This document shows, piece by piece, positions 54,291-64,000 of a DNA stretch of 64,000 bases. Under the pieces are notes generated by a model. The model saw only the letters and a program-made list of their open reading frames with translations, searched no databases and was not told where the DNA came from. The position numbers and the translations under genes were made by a program. This stretch comes from Podarcis pityusensis. Its lineage: Eukaryota. Each line of letters begins with the position of its first letter. Position 1 is the first letter of the stretch. Location of the stretch: NCBI GenBank assembly GCA_964106645.2, contig OZ067038.1; one strand, written 5' to 3'.

Positions 54291-54430
54291 CTGTATGTGG
54301 CATTTCCTTTTTACTCGCTTTTTATTCTGAGGAATGATTCTAGGTGGCTAATTAAATTTAGATGCATTTGCAAGGTATTTATTGTCACTGTCCCAGCCAA
54401 GATCATATAGAACCATCTCTGCTTCATGAA
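54291..54430 (-). pseudogene. Decayed CD44 repeat exon (3' part)
   Basis: LYDLGWDSDNKYLANASKFN*PPRIIP, then a frameshift to ...PHT|gtacag. Confidence 0.6.
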
Positions 54431-54619
54431 TCTTTTGAAGCCTCTTGTCTGAGAAAGCAAATCTTTCCACCATAGGACTTATTTTGCCGGACTCTGGAGT
54501 ATTTATAAATACTTGTCCAGATCAAGTCAACATAGGCCTTTGGTCATCAACCTCAATGGAAGACTAAAGTAACCCAGTCTAAAAAAAGAAAAGGCAAGAA
54601 TAGGTGGGTTTTTTAAAAA

Positions 54620-54738
54620 AAACCTTTTCATGTTTTTTTTCCTATAGCTGCAATAAATTTGCCTTCACTGCCCAAGAGGATATAAACTAGCCTACATGTG
54701 TGAATCATGAGAAGAATCTTTGTAGTTCATTCCAACAG
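54620..54738 (-). pseudogene. Decayed CD44 repeat exon (5' part)
   Basis: attattatagcag|AVGMNYKDSSHDSHM*; family acceptor retained, donor not evident. Confidence 0.45.
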
Positions 54739-55415
54739 CTGCTATAATAATGTCTGAATCTGTTTTAAAGACAACAAATGGTAGCGAATGGTAGCCTGAT
54801 AAAGAATAGACCCATTAAAATCAGTGGACTGGAATAACATGAATCCATTCATTTCAGTGGATCAGCTCTTGATTTAGTTAGACAATACCCTATGTTAGCA
54901 GTTTCCTCCTCATAATTATTTGATGCCCATCTTATCTAGCTTTACGGGCACTATCAGAATTTTAGGGGAAGTCAATTAAAATATTAGGTTAAGGCTTAAG
55001 CAATATTAATTATTAGGTTAAGACTGAACTCCATATGCATTGTCAAAGTAATAAATTCCATCTGGGGAAATAATAACCTACAATCTAACATGCCACATTT
55101 CTCAAATTCTTTTCCCAAAGAAGCATGCATGGCTTCATCTTTAAGAGGACTTCAACCCAAGAAGACTTCAAAAACATTTATGTTTTGCTTAGAAATTTAC
55201 TGATGTGCTATGCAAGCTTGCTACTATTTTCTTGTGGATTTGGGGTTTTCTAAATTGTTTTTAAATTTATTGTTTGATCTTGAGTTTACATATTTGTCAG
55301 TCATCTTGTGGAAGTTTTGTCGTTGTTGTTTTGAAAGGTGACTATACATTTATTAAATGAATTTAAAAGTGTAGAAAAGTTTAACAATGCCGAATTTTCT
55401 TTTTCTTCCTAGTAC

Positions 55416-55599
55416 CCGAATGAGATATTTCCAAATCCTCTTCATGCTTGTTTACACTTGAAATGAGACCAGGCATAATTCCATTTTTAGATGTTTTTGT
55501 AGGATATCAATTTTCATTGCTCCCACCAAGATGGATCTCATTAATCTATATACCATGATTATCAGTCTTCACGGTTAATCTTACCCGTGGAGACCACAA
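55416..55599 (-). pseudogene. Decayed full-length CD44 repeat exon (184 nt)
   Basis: gtagcag|VVSTGKINRED* ... HLGGSNEN*YPTKTSKNGIMPGLISSVNKHEEDLEISHS|gtacta; stops plus a frameshift. Confidence 0.7.
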
Positions 55600-55794
55600 C
55601 TGCTACAATGATGACTGAATCAATACCACATTTTCACTATCAGGCCCATGTTATGCAGATTAAATAATTTTCTTAGGATGTATCAGTAGTTAAGGCTGCA
55701 ATCCTGATTCATGCTGACTTCATAGGAGTCAGGATTACACCCTTCGTAGGAAATAATAATGATTGGGGCTGAATAGAACTTTTCTGAGATATAC

Positions 55795-55962
55795 CTGTAT
55801 AAATGGATTCATTTTTTTGCTCATTTTCACTTGGATGAATAATTTCAGGTAGTGTCTCTTTGCTGGATGAGTTTGTGGGGTATCTTTCTTCATTGGACCA
55901 TTCAGGATATATGCCATGAGATGGTGGGCCTTGAGTGGATTCTTCAACTTTCATCCCATTAT
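55795..55962 (-). CDS. CD44: CD44 repeat cassette exon R4 (168 nt)
   Basis: aagcag|DNGMKVEESTQGPPSHGIYPEWSNEERYPTNSSSKETLPEIIHPSENEQKNESIYT|gtatat. Confidence 0.72.
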
Positions 55963-57350
55963 CTGCTTTTGTGGTGAAGTATTTGTTAATTTAATATATG
56001 CAGAACCACTGTCTATTGTACATGTATCTTGCAGTTCAATATGAATCCAACTACACTGGTGGCACGCAAGAAAAAAGGGTGCCTTTTAGGGGTCTGATTA
56101 TCTGTCACTAAGTCAAGATTCTCTATTACACTTTTAGTATAAGCACTTTTCAATAAAAAATAACCAGATCATATTTCAGTTAATTCATTTTAGTTAAATC
56201 CTTTGAAACAATATCTTATCTAGCCATTATTATGTACATGTGAAGCAAGCATTTTGTATTCCACAGCTATAAAATGATTTTGGTTTTAGTTAAATGGTAT
56301 GAAGACAACATATTTTGTTCATTTCTTATTTGCAGACAGCTAGGTTTCTAAAAAAAGAAAAGAAATAAGCTTGCAAAGGAGGTATTTTGACTTCCTCATA
56401 GACACATGCTGTTTATGGCACAATTACCAAGTATTTGTAAAAACAAATTTGTTCTTTCAATGTTGTGACGGCAAAGCAGGCAACAGAAATACAAATTAGT
56501 AAATACTGTAGATAATTTTGGTTATCTACAGTAAATGTGGAGTATTTTCTACTTGAAGAAATGCTAAAACAACAGTAATGGGCTGCATCTACACAACAGA
56601 GGCCCAAGCAAAATAATTGTGTGTAAAGCACTCTGACACTAATATTCTTGGTGTCAGAGATTGAATTATATTGGGGTGGTGGTGTCAAGATGAAATAAAA
56701 CTAATATGATATGAAGCCCTACTCAGATGATGAAATGTGACTTATCTGTTTGAATGGAATAGTGGCTCTTCTCAAAGCTACCTCTTTTTAAAACTTAGGT
56801 GCCTCTGATGCAAAAGAACATGGGTCCACCATTCTTTAACACTGACTGAGGTAGCAGGACAGAGAAATGTGCGTAGGATCCTGCAGAAGGGATGGCGCCA
56901 TTTGGAGGTTGGGCCTCCATGGACTGGCGGTGATGCCATCCATTATTGGGAATGCTAACAATCCATTATTAATGGAAGGTTTTCTCAGACTACCATGATT
57001 ATCTTAGTGCCCTAATACTGGAATACTAGGAATTCACTTTAAAGGGTAGTAAGAAGGCCAAAATATATGTGAGATGCAGGTCTGTGAATGTAGCTGCTGT
57101 GTAAGGGGCAGGGGAACTGGATCAGAACCGTGACATAGGAGGGGCTGCTGCTTTCCTCCTGTGCAATTACCACAATAAAAATTGCTTCCGTTTTTGAAGC
57201 CATGTTTCACCCCAAATGGAGAAGCGTCAGACCACAGTTCTAATAAAGGCTGGACTTCTCGCTGAGACATAAAAGCCTTCCTATTCGCTGACATAAAAGA
57301 GAAATAGAACTGAACATAGGAAGATTACATTAACATCCTGCAGGCAGTAC

Positions 57351-57524
57351 CTGTCTGAGAAGATTCATTGTCATGAAGCTTCTCACTTTGAGGAATAAGT
57401 GTTTCTAGGACACCAAGGATCGTTCTGTTTGTGGCAGAACCACTTCTCCGCCCAGCTTTGCCCACTGTGGATAACTGATCTTGATGTGATTCTTCACGTT
57501 CAGCACTTTCATTGAAGGCTAGAA
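57351..57524 (-). CDS. CD44: CD44 repeat cassette exon R3 (174 nt)
   Basis: acaatag|VLAFNESAEREESHQDQLSTVGKAGRRSGSATNRTILGVLETLIPQSEKLHDNESSQT|gtactg. Confidence 0.7.
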
Positions 57525-57809
57525 CTATTGTAGCAATGATAAATAATGCAGGAATCAGTAACTCAGTATTTTTGATTTCCGTGTGTTTAGTAGATAGTGA
57601 GAGACTCAGAAAGTTCTGTGCGTGAACTCCAGTGGAAACAGGCTTCCCCAATTGTTTCGCCATAGGATGGAAACCTTATTTATGCATGTAGAATCGCCAC
57701 CTCAACAGAAGTCAATAGGGAAGCCCATTCTGCCTGTCAGAATTCTCACCTCAACAAGGAGTCACTGTACTGAGGTGGTTATTTGAATCAGTATAGTTCA
57801 AACCTTCCA

Positions 57810-58001
57810 TGGGGAAGAAGCTTGACTCAGTGGCAGAGAATTGGCTTTGCATGCAGAAGGGTTCAATCTCTAGCATCTCCACACAGGACTGGGAAAGACT
57901 CTGTCTGAAACTTGGCAGAGCTGCTGCTAGTCAGTGTAGACTGTCCATCTTGAGCTAGATGGACCAGTGGCGTGACTAAGTATAAGGCAGCTTCCTATGT
58001 T
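57810..58001 (+). mobile_element. Squam3-like tRNA-derived SINE
   Basis: ctcagtggcagag...gggttcaatc head; gagctagatggacc...aggcagcttcctatgt tail. Confidence 0.7.
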
Positions 58002-58762
58002 TGAGATGGCATGCTAATCACTAGTTAGTGCAAGAAGAGGTATAATTTTATCATTTTATATAATTTTTCTTTCTGTGTGGAAATGGATAGAATGACTAAT
58101 GCACAAACCAATTCGGCCAAAATGCTTGGATGAAAATTCAGTCTTCTTACAGAATCAGCTACTTCCACTGAGTTCAGTAGGCTTACATCAGCTTAAACCC
58201 AGATTCTTCAATTTGCATACTGTAGCAATAAGTCTGGCAACCAATACAACTCAAGCTGCTGCATTGCCACAACAGGGATAACACAGAGATAACTTCAGAA
58301 TAACCAAACAGCAAAGTGGTCTTGATTTATACCTCTGTGTTCTCACACACGGCACATCCTTAATATTCAGTCAAACCACTGGCCCATCAAGCCCAGTACA
58401 GTCTACTTTTAGATATTTATATAGGTTTACTAGCAAATGGTATAAACATAAATTTTATCGGTATTACATATCTGGGGTACTTTTGACACTGATAATAGAT
58501 TGTACCTATCTATTTAAAATGTAACTAAAAATAATGGGAGAAAAATGACTGCGAAGAGCAAAACTCTCAACAATTTGGAACTCACATCTCTAATATATGG
58601 AAGAATAACGAAAGGAAACTCACAACGCCCACCAACCCCTTGACTAAAAGTTCTAATTTTAAGTATGGTTAAACACCATTTCTCCAGAAACCTGGATCAG
58701 GAAATGAAAGCAAACAATCCAAATGAAAATCTAATTCTACAGTTCACTATTGCTTCTGATAC

Positions 58763-58951
58763 CTGTATGGTGGGAAGATTCTTCCTCCAGAGTTCTTTCT
58801 CTTTCACTTGATGGAACAAGCACAGGATGCAATACGTCTGAAGCTGTGGTTGTAGGTAATGTGTCTTCAGTTTCTAATCCAGAGAGAGCACCATCTAGTT
58901 GAGTCTGAGTTGAGTCTTCCTGCTTGAAGAAATCATCACTGGAGGACCCAG
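58763..58951 (-). CDS. CD44: CD44 repeat cassette exon R2 (189 nt)
   Basis: ataacag|AGSSSDDFFKQEDSTQTQLDGALSGLETEDTLPTTTASDVLHPVLVPSSERERTLEEESSHHT|gtatca. Confidence 0.78.
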
Positions 58952-60649
58952 CTGTTATGATGATGTTTTGAATCAGTTGCAGTGTTATGCTTGCTGAACA
59001 ACCATCCAGATTGTTCACTTTATCTTGTTAAACTAGACATGGCTTGCTTTTTCAATTATGTGCATAAGCAAGAGGAGGAGGAAAGTAGATAATTTTTTTG
59101 GAAAGTATTGTTGAATTCACAGCCACCCAGTGTCATCACCTCGATTATCAGAAGTTGCTGATTTTCCAGACAGTGCCCCAGAGACCAGTAGGAATAGTGG
59201 AAAGGCGTGTAACAGTATTATAGGCAGAAAAGATGTGACAACAGCTTGCACCTTTAACTGATCTATCAAACGTCTTTGATAGATGCCAAGGCTTTGTACA
59301 ACTGAAATCACAGCACCATCTTAAGTCCATAAACTTTCTCTTTCTTGTCTTCTTTTTCTTCTTCCTTTTTCATTGAAATTGTACTTTTTGGAATATGTTT
59401 AGACATTTGTTCCAGGCACTAAGGCCAAATGCTGCAGCTAAATAATGTTGGTTCACACATTCAACTTGAAAAAAATATTTTGGCTGGCATTCTGAGCCAG
59501 ATGTAGTTCAACCATTTCAGCATAGCCTTATACAGTTCTAAAGGTGCTGCTGTTTAAATCCAAGGAAAGCGTCAGAAGCATCTTGAGGTACCACCACCAC
59601 ACCACCAGATTTTTCCTTCAGAGTCAAACCTTTTCCCAGCATTCAGCAGGAAGCATAATGTGTTGAACATTATGATGACTGCCTGAGATGAGCCCAAGAG
59701 AACATGCTTTAGATTTTGAGAAATAACACCAAGCCCACAGAAAGCCCTATGGAATAGGAAAGCAAGGTAGACCCCATCTGCAAGAGAAAATGCTAATACA
59801 TTTCCATAATAAACCAAACCAAAATTGCAATGCAAGTTGCATATGTGTTTGTATAAATGCCATTTATTCATTTTTCATTCCCTAATATTGCAATCGTCCT
59901 CTAATGTTGGCGAATCTATGCCCTTGGGTTCAAAAGATCTCTGTTTTCATGCGTTTGAATAGCAGTTTATATAGTTCTTTCTTTAAAACAAAGTGAAGCA
60001 TCACAAAATGAGCTCATGTTAGCTCCCAACTTTCTAAACAAGGAACTGATTTGAGCCAATTTTGTGAAGTCTACAAGCACTGGCTACTTGAAAAACACAG
60101 CGGCAACTTGATTTGGTATGGGCCAATCTCATCATGTTTCTATACTGACTTTTACTGGCTGCGTGTCTGATCTATGTGTACTTTAGCACTGCCAAACTTC
60201 CTTTGTGTAGCACTGAACTGAGGCCAACGTGGTTACATATGACAGCACTTTAAAAAATACTGCTTTAAGATATGGTTAGACAGGGATGACATGTTGGTTT
60301 GGAACTTCTGCAAATTTCAGGGAACTTTGCAGTCTAAAATAAATTCAGATTTGGGATTTGTGACTCACTCTTGCTTAGTCAAAGCCAAATAACACGTGAG
60401 CTTTTGGTTTCATGGTTTTGTTAAGATTTAACAGAACACATCTGGGGGGAAATGCCTTCAAATATGTGGCTCTGCTTTCTTTTTTTAAAGTAATCACAGT
60501 ATATTATCTGCAGATGTAGTAGCAGATATACTACAGATGTAGCACTGCACCATGATTCTAGTTATTAACTAACTTCTAGACTTTGATACTGTGAGAGTTG
60601 ATGCTGACAAGAAAGAGGTAGTGTCAAGATCATGCTTTAGTAGTCATAC

Positions 60650-60823
60650 CAGTAGCTGTTGAATAATGTTCATCATCACCTAGGGGAACAATTCGGGGTA
60701 GCACATCCTCCCTTGTGCCATTTGTTGAATATCTGACTTCACTGTCTTTTTCAGAGTGTACACCATGCAGAAATGAATCATGGGCCGAGTCATCATGCTT
60801 GACATCTTTGGTGGAGACCACAG
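60650..60823 (-). CDS. CD44: CD44 repeat cassette exon R1 (174 nt)
   Basis: acaacag|AVVSTKDVKHDDSAHDSFLHGVHSEKDSEVRYSTNGTREDVLPRIVPLGDDEHYSTAT|gtatga. Confidence 0.8.
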
Positions 60824-63043
60824 CTGTTGTGACAATAGTTGAATTGATATTTATTTGACTATATTCCACACTACCACCAACCAATTAACTTTGGTATTAT
60901 TTCTTGGGTATAACACATGGGTATAACACAAGTCATCTATATTGTACAGGTATTTTTAATGCACAGCTCACATATCCGTGTTGTTTCGTCTTTAGCATCA
61001 AGTGGAAACTTACATGTGTGAGAGAACCCTCTGAAATTCACCATCGCAGGCACAACAATTTGAAATCAAATGCAGTACTTTACAGTGGACAGTTCACACA
61101 TGTCCACTGAATGCCATCAAATACTGAATAAATAAACAACCATGAATCAGGAGTATGTCCTCTTTATATTGCAAATATTCACTCTGGCTGAAAATTATTG
61201 CAAGAGTAGTAGATCTGCAAGCAAAACCCATGATACAGGATAGAAAATTTTCCCAAATGAAAATTTTTCTAGTTTCTGTTTCCTAAGTGGCAATGAATGG
61301 CTGCCAATTGCAAATGTAATATTGGGAAAGTTTGGACGTTTCAAAGGTTTTGTTCTATTTACTTAAACACAAGTACAATAAATATGCTAGGTTAGAAAAT
61401 TATCTGATGCAAACACTTCTGGAAAACCCACATCAATGTCTTGGAAAAATAAAATTTTGGAAACTTAACATTTTACTTTTCATCAGAGTGGCAGAGACAA
61501 ATTCTGCGTATATTTTAAGTTCTGGTGGGCAATCGCACAATAGTGCCACTAGCTTTGTACTACTGCTGAAGAAAATTGGAATCATGACCACTGATGAGTT
61601 TCAGAGATCATTACAAAAATCCAAACTCAACCCTTCTGTTACCATCAAGTGCTATGCATACTAACCTTTCCACTTATAACCAAAGGTTGTCATTAAAACA
61701 AAAACTGGGATTGGTTCTGTGCTTTGAACAGCAACTTGATACAGAAAAGTAAGGGTACTTCTACACTGTCCCTACTCCTGGGTGCTGCTCAGTCATGTAC
61801 CAGCAAACTCAGGTTATACAATTAAAGCAAGTTTTGTGCAACAAATCTGCTTCTCCTAAAAATCAGTCTTAAATGCAATGGAAAGGTTGTAAAGTGTGGG
61901 ATAACAATGGCTTTATTAAATAAAAATAGTAAGTAAGTAAGCAAGTAAGCAAGCAAGTAAGGCTGTTGCTAAAGGCACAAAAATATATGTCTCCAACTAC
62001 TGTATAAAATTATGTTGGAAAACAATAAAATAAAGTTTTGATCCACGGAATTTTTTTCCTTTGAAATGCACTCTTTGACTTACGATTTGCTTTGCTTCAC
62101 TATGGAAGAACTATAGCAAAATGCATGATCCATGCAATACAATGAGACCCACTACACTTCTGATAGATACAAATGACTACAAGCCGCTTGACTGATTTCA
62201 CTAAATTGCATTTTCCACAATTAGAGAAAGAATAATCCAGGAAGATATGCACAACATATGTTAGTTTAGCATATAACTTGATGCTTGTTGCTAAACCCAA
62301 AGAATAACTTTTACCACCACCACAAAACAACCACCATCTCACCATAGCAAAATAAATTTGACCTCATAGACCACCTGTGCACAAATAACATGAATGATAA
62401 AAGTCAGAGCCTAGAGATTAAATGTACTGATAGGAATGGTACTTTTCCAAATACAACTGAAGGCACCAGCACACTTTGCAATGTCCCCATCATAGAGATA
62501 ATCCAATGCAAAAGAAACCAAAGTAGTTTAAGGATGTTTACCAAGGAAAGCGTAGTTTCATAATATGCATTCCTAGGACAAATGCCTAACAGACACCAAT
62601 GAGAGGAGGTAAGGCAACTCAGAGCTAAATGAAGTTCAAGCATAAAACACAAAATGAGACTTTTGTTTGTAAGTATGCATCCAAGTTTCCATTTCCAGAA
62701 TAAACCAATAGGATTATACCAGTGTAAGATGTGCATAGAAAAAATGGCAGAGTAATATAATTCATGGTACTCAATTAAACCTTCTTTGCTTTGTGTTGTC
62801 TATTATTAAGCAGTAATCTTCCACTATATCCAGAATTTCATTATAACATTATAAATTAATTTTCGATTCGATGCTGTTGTATTTCTGAACTTTGTATGGT
62901 ACAAATTATTCCTTATAGATTATCATTGATTACTTCTAGAGTGCTTAATATGTACACATACATCCAAATCCCATTGTTTACTGAGACACATCTAATGACT
63001 TTCATTATAGCGCAGTGCATACATTACAGGAATTAATGCTTAC

Positions 63044-63223
63044 TGGTTTTTGATGGCCGAGGTTCGTTATCACCACTGCTGTTCCATTCAAGAACGGTTT
63101 CAGGATTTAAGTGCCCAGACCCTTCTCCATTATGATCATCATCATCATCGCTACCATCATCATCATCATCGCCACCATCATCATCATCACCAACAACATC
63201 ATGATGTTCTTCAGAACTCTTAT
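63044..63223 (-). CDS. CD44: CD44 variable-region exon with poly-Asp tract and EGSG motif (180 nt)
   Basis: actag|DKSSEEHHDVVGDDDDGGDDDDDGSDDDDDHNGEGSGHLNPETVLEWNSSGDNEPRPSKT|gtaagc; phase 1-1, open frame. Confidence 0.75.
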
Positions 63224-64000
63224 CTAGTGATTTGATTATGTAAATCTACGGTAAGCTTTTAATATCATTATCCATTTCCCAATCACCAAAGTAAGTATTA
63301 TCCATCCTTATCCTTGTCTTTCTTATTTGTGGCAGTGTTTTCAGAGCTCCTCGTTAGAGATGAATAATGAGTAAGAGATTAATAATGCGTAATAGATTTA
63401 TTGGGTGGAACTAAATCAACCAGTGGTGGCGGTGCAACAATGTACAGTGGGCATCAAATCAATAAGACTGTCTGTGATCCAGTGCATGACAAGAAGATGG
63501 CTGAATTGGTTACAGTTGCCTTGTATCACTGTAATACCACACAAGGCATTGTGAGTGATATAATAAAGAGAAGAGAGAGCATTTACAAGGCACTCAATAC
63601 ACCAGGATATGCTCCTGGGAGGCACTACAAGATCCTTTGGATCCCACTAGAGAAAAGTTGGAGCTCTGAATATGGGTGATTTGACAAGAATCTCAGTGGA
63701 AATGCTATATTCTTACTGTATAATTTGCTACCATAAGAAAAGAGACAGTTACACAGAAGTTAGAGACAGCACAAGAGAATTTTCAGTTTATGCATCCCAC
63801 TGCCACCACAAATAATGGAGCTGGCATTAAGAACAACCAGTGGATAAGAAGAAATAATGTTATTGACAAAGCAACCCAATATTAGGATGCTTTGAGGAGT
63901 TATTAAAAGAGCAGGGGATCTCAGCAATACAGAGATGTAGCAATAGAGGATACATATTCAAGTCCAAATGAATATTCATGCATATTCAGTCTGAACTGTA

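Noticed and set aside
59117-59311. Minus ORF ending SATSDNRGDDTG as a possible extra CD44 exon
   Set aside because: No convincing acceptor/donor pair and no similarity to the repeat family.
45617-60823. Repeat exons interpreted as a dispersed transposon family
   Set aside because: All are on the CD44 strand, confined to the variable region, bounded by splice sites, frame-preserving, and lack TIRs, TSDs or tails.
63050-63235. Poly-His ORF on the + strand
   Set aside because: Antisense shadow of the GAT repeats in the minus-strand CD44 exon.
63250-63350. Purine-rich minus-strand stretch resembling an exon
   Set aside because: I could not find splice sites giving an open phase 1-1 exon.

Overview
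Vertebrate genomic DNA, almost certainly a squamate reptile (lacertid-like lizard, judged from Sauria/Squam SINEs). Two convergent genes fill the window. On + are coding exons 3-11 of SLC1A2 (EAAT2/GLT-1 glutamate transporter, 6166-29121), with all three alternative C-termini known from mammals (a, b and an unannotated c-type exon at 28171-28206) and a probable ~9.6 kb 3' UTR. On - is the 3' half of CD44 (cytoplasmic tail, transmembrane and juxtamembrane exons). The main surprise is the CD44 variable-stem region (45.6-60.8 kb): a tandem array of at least 11 intact, frame-preserving, mutually paralogous cassette exons (147-189 nt, all phase 1-1) plus 3 decayed copies, preceded by a poly-Asp/EGSG exon that looks like a glycosaminoglycan attachment module. 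Introns carry L2, L1 and CR1 LINE fragments, SINEs, Tigger-like and hAT MITEs, and a young Penelope insertion with long inverted arms carrying minimal hammerhead ribozyme motifs. Exon numbers follow my recollection of the human gene models. No database searches were run.
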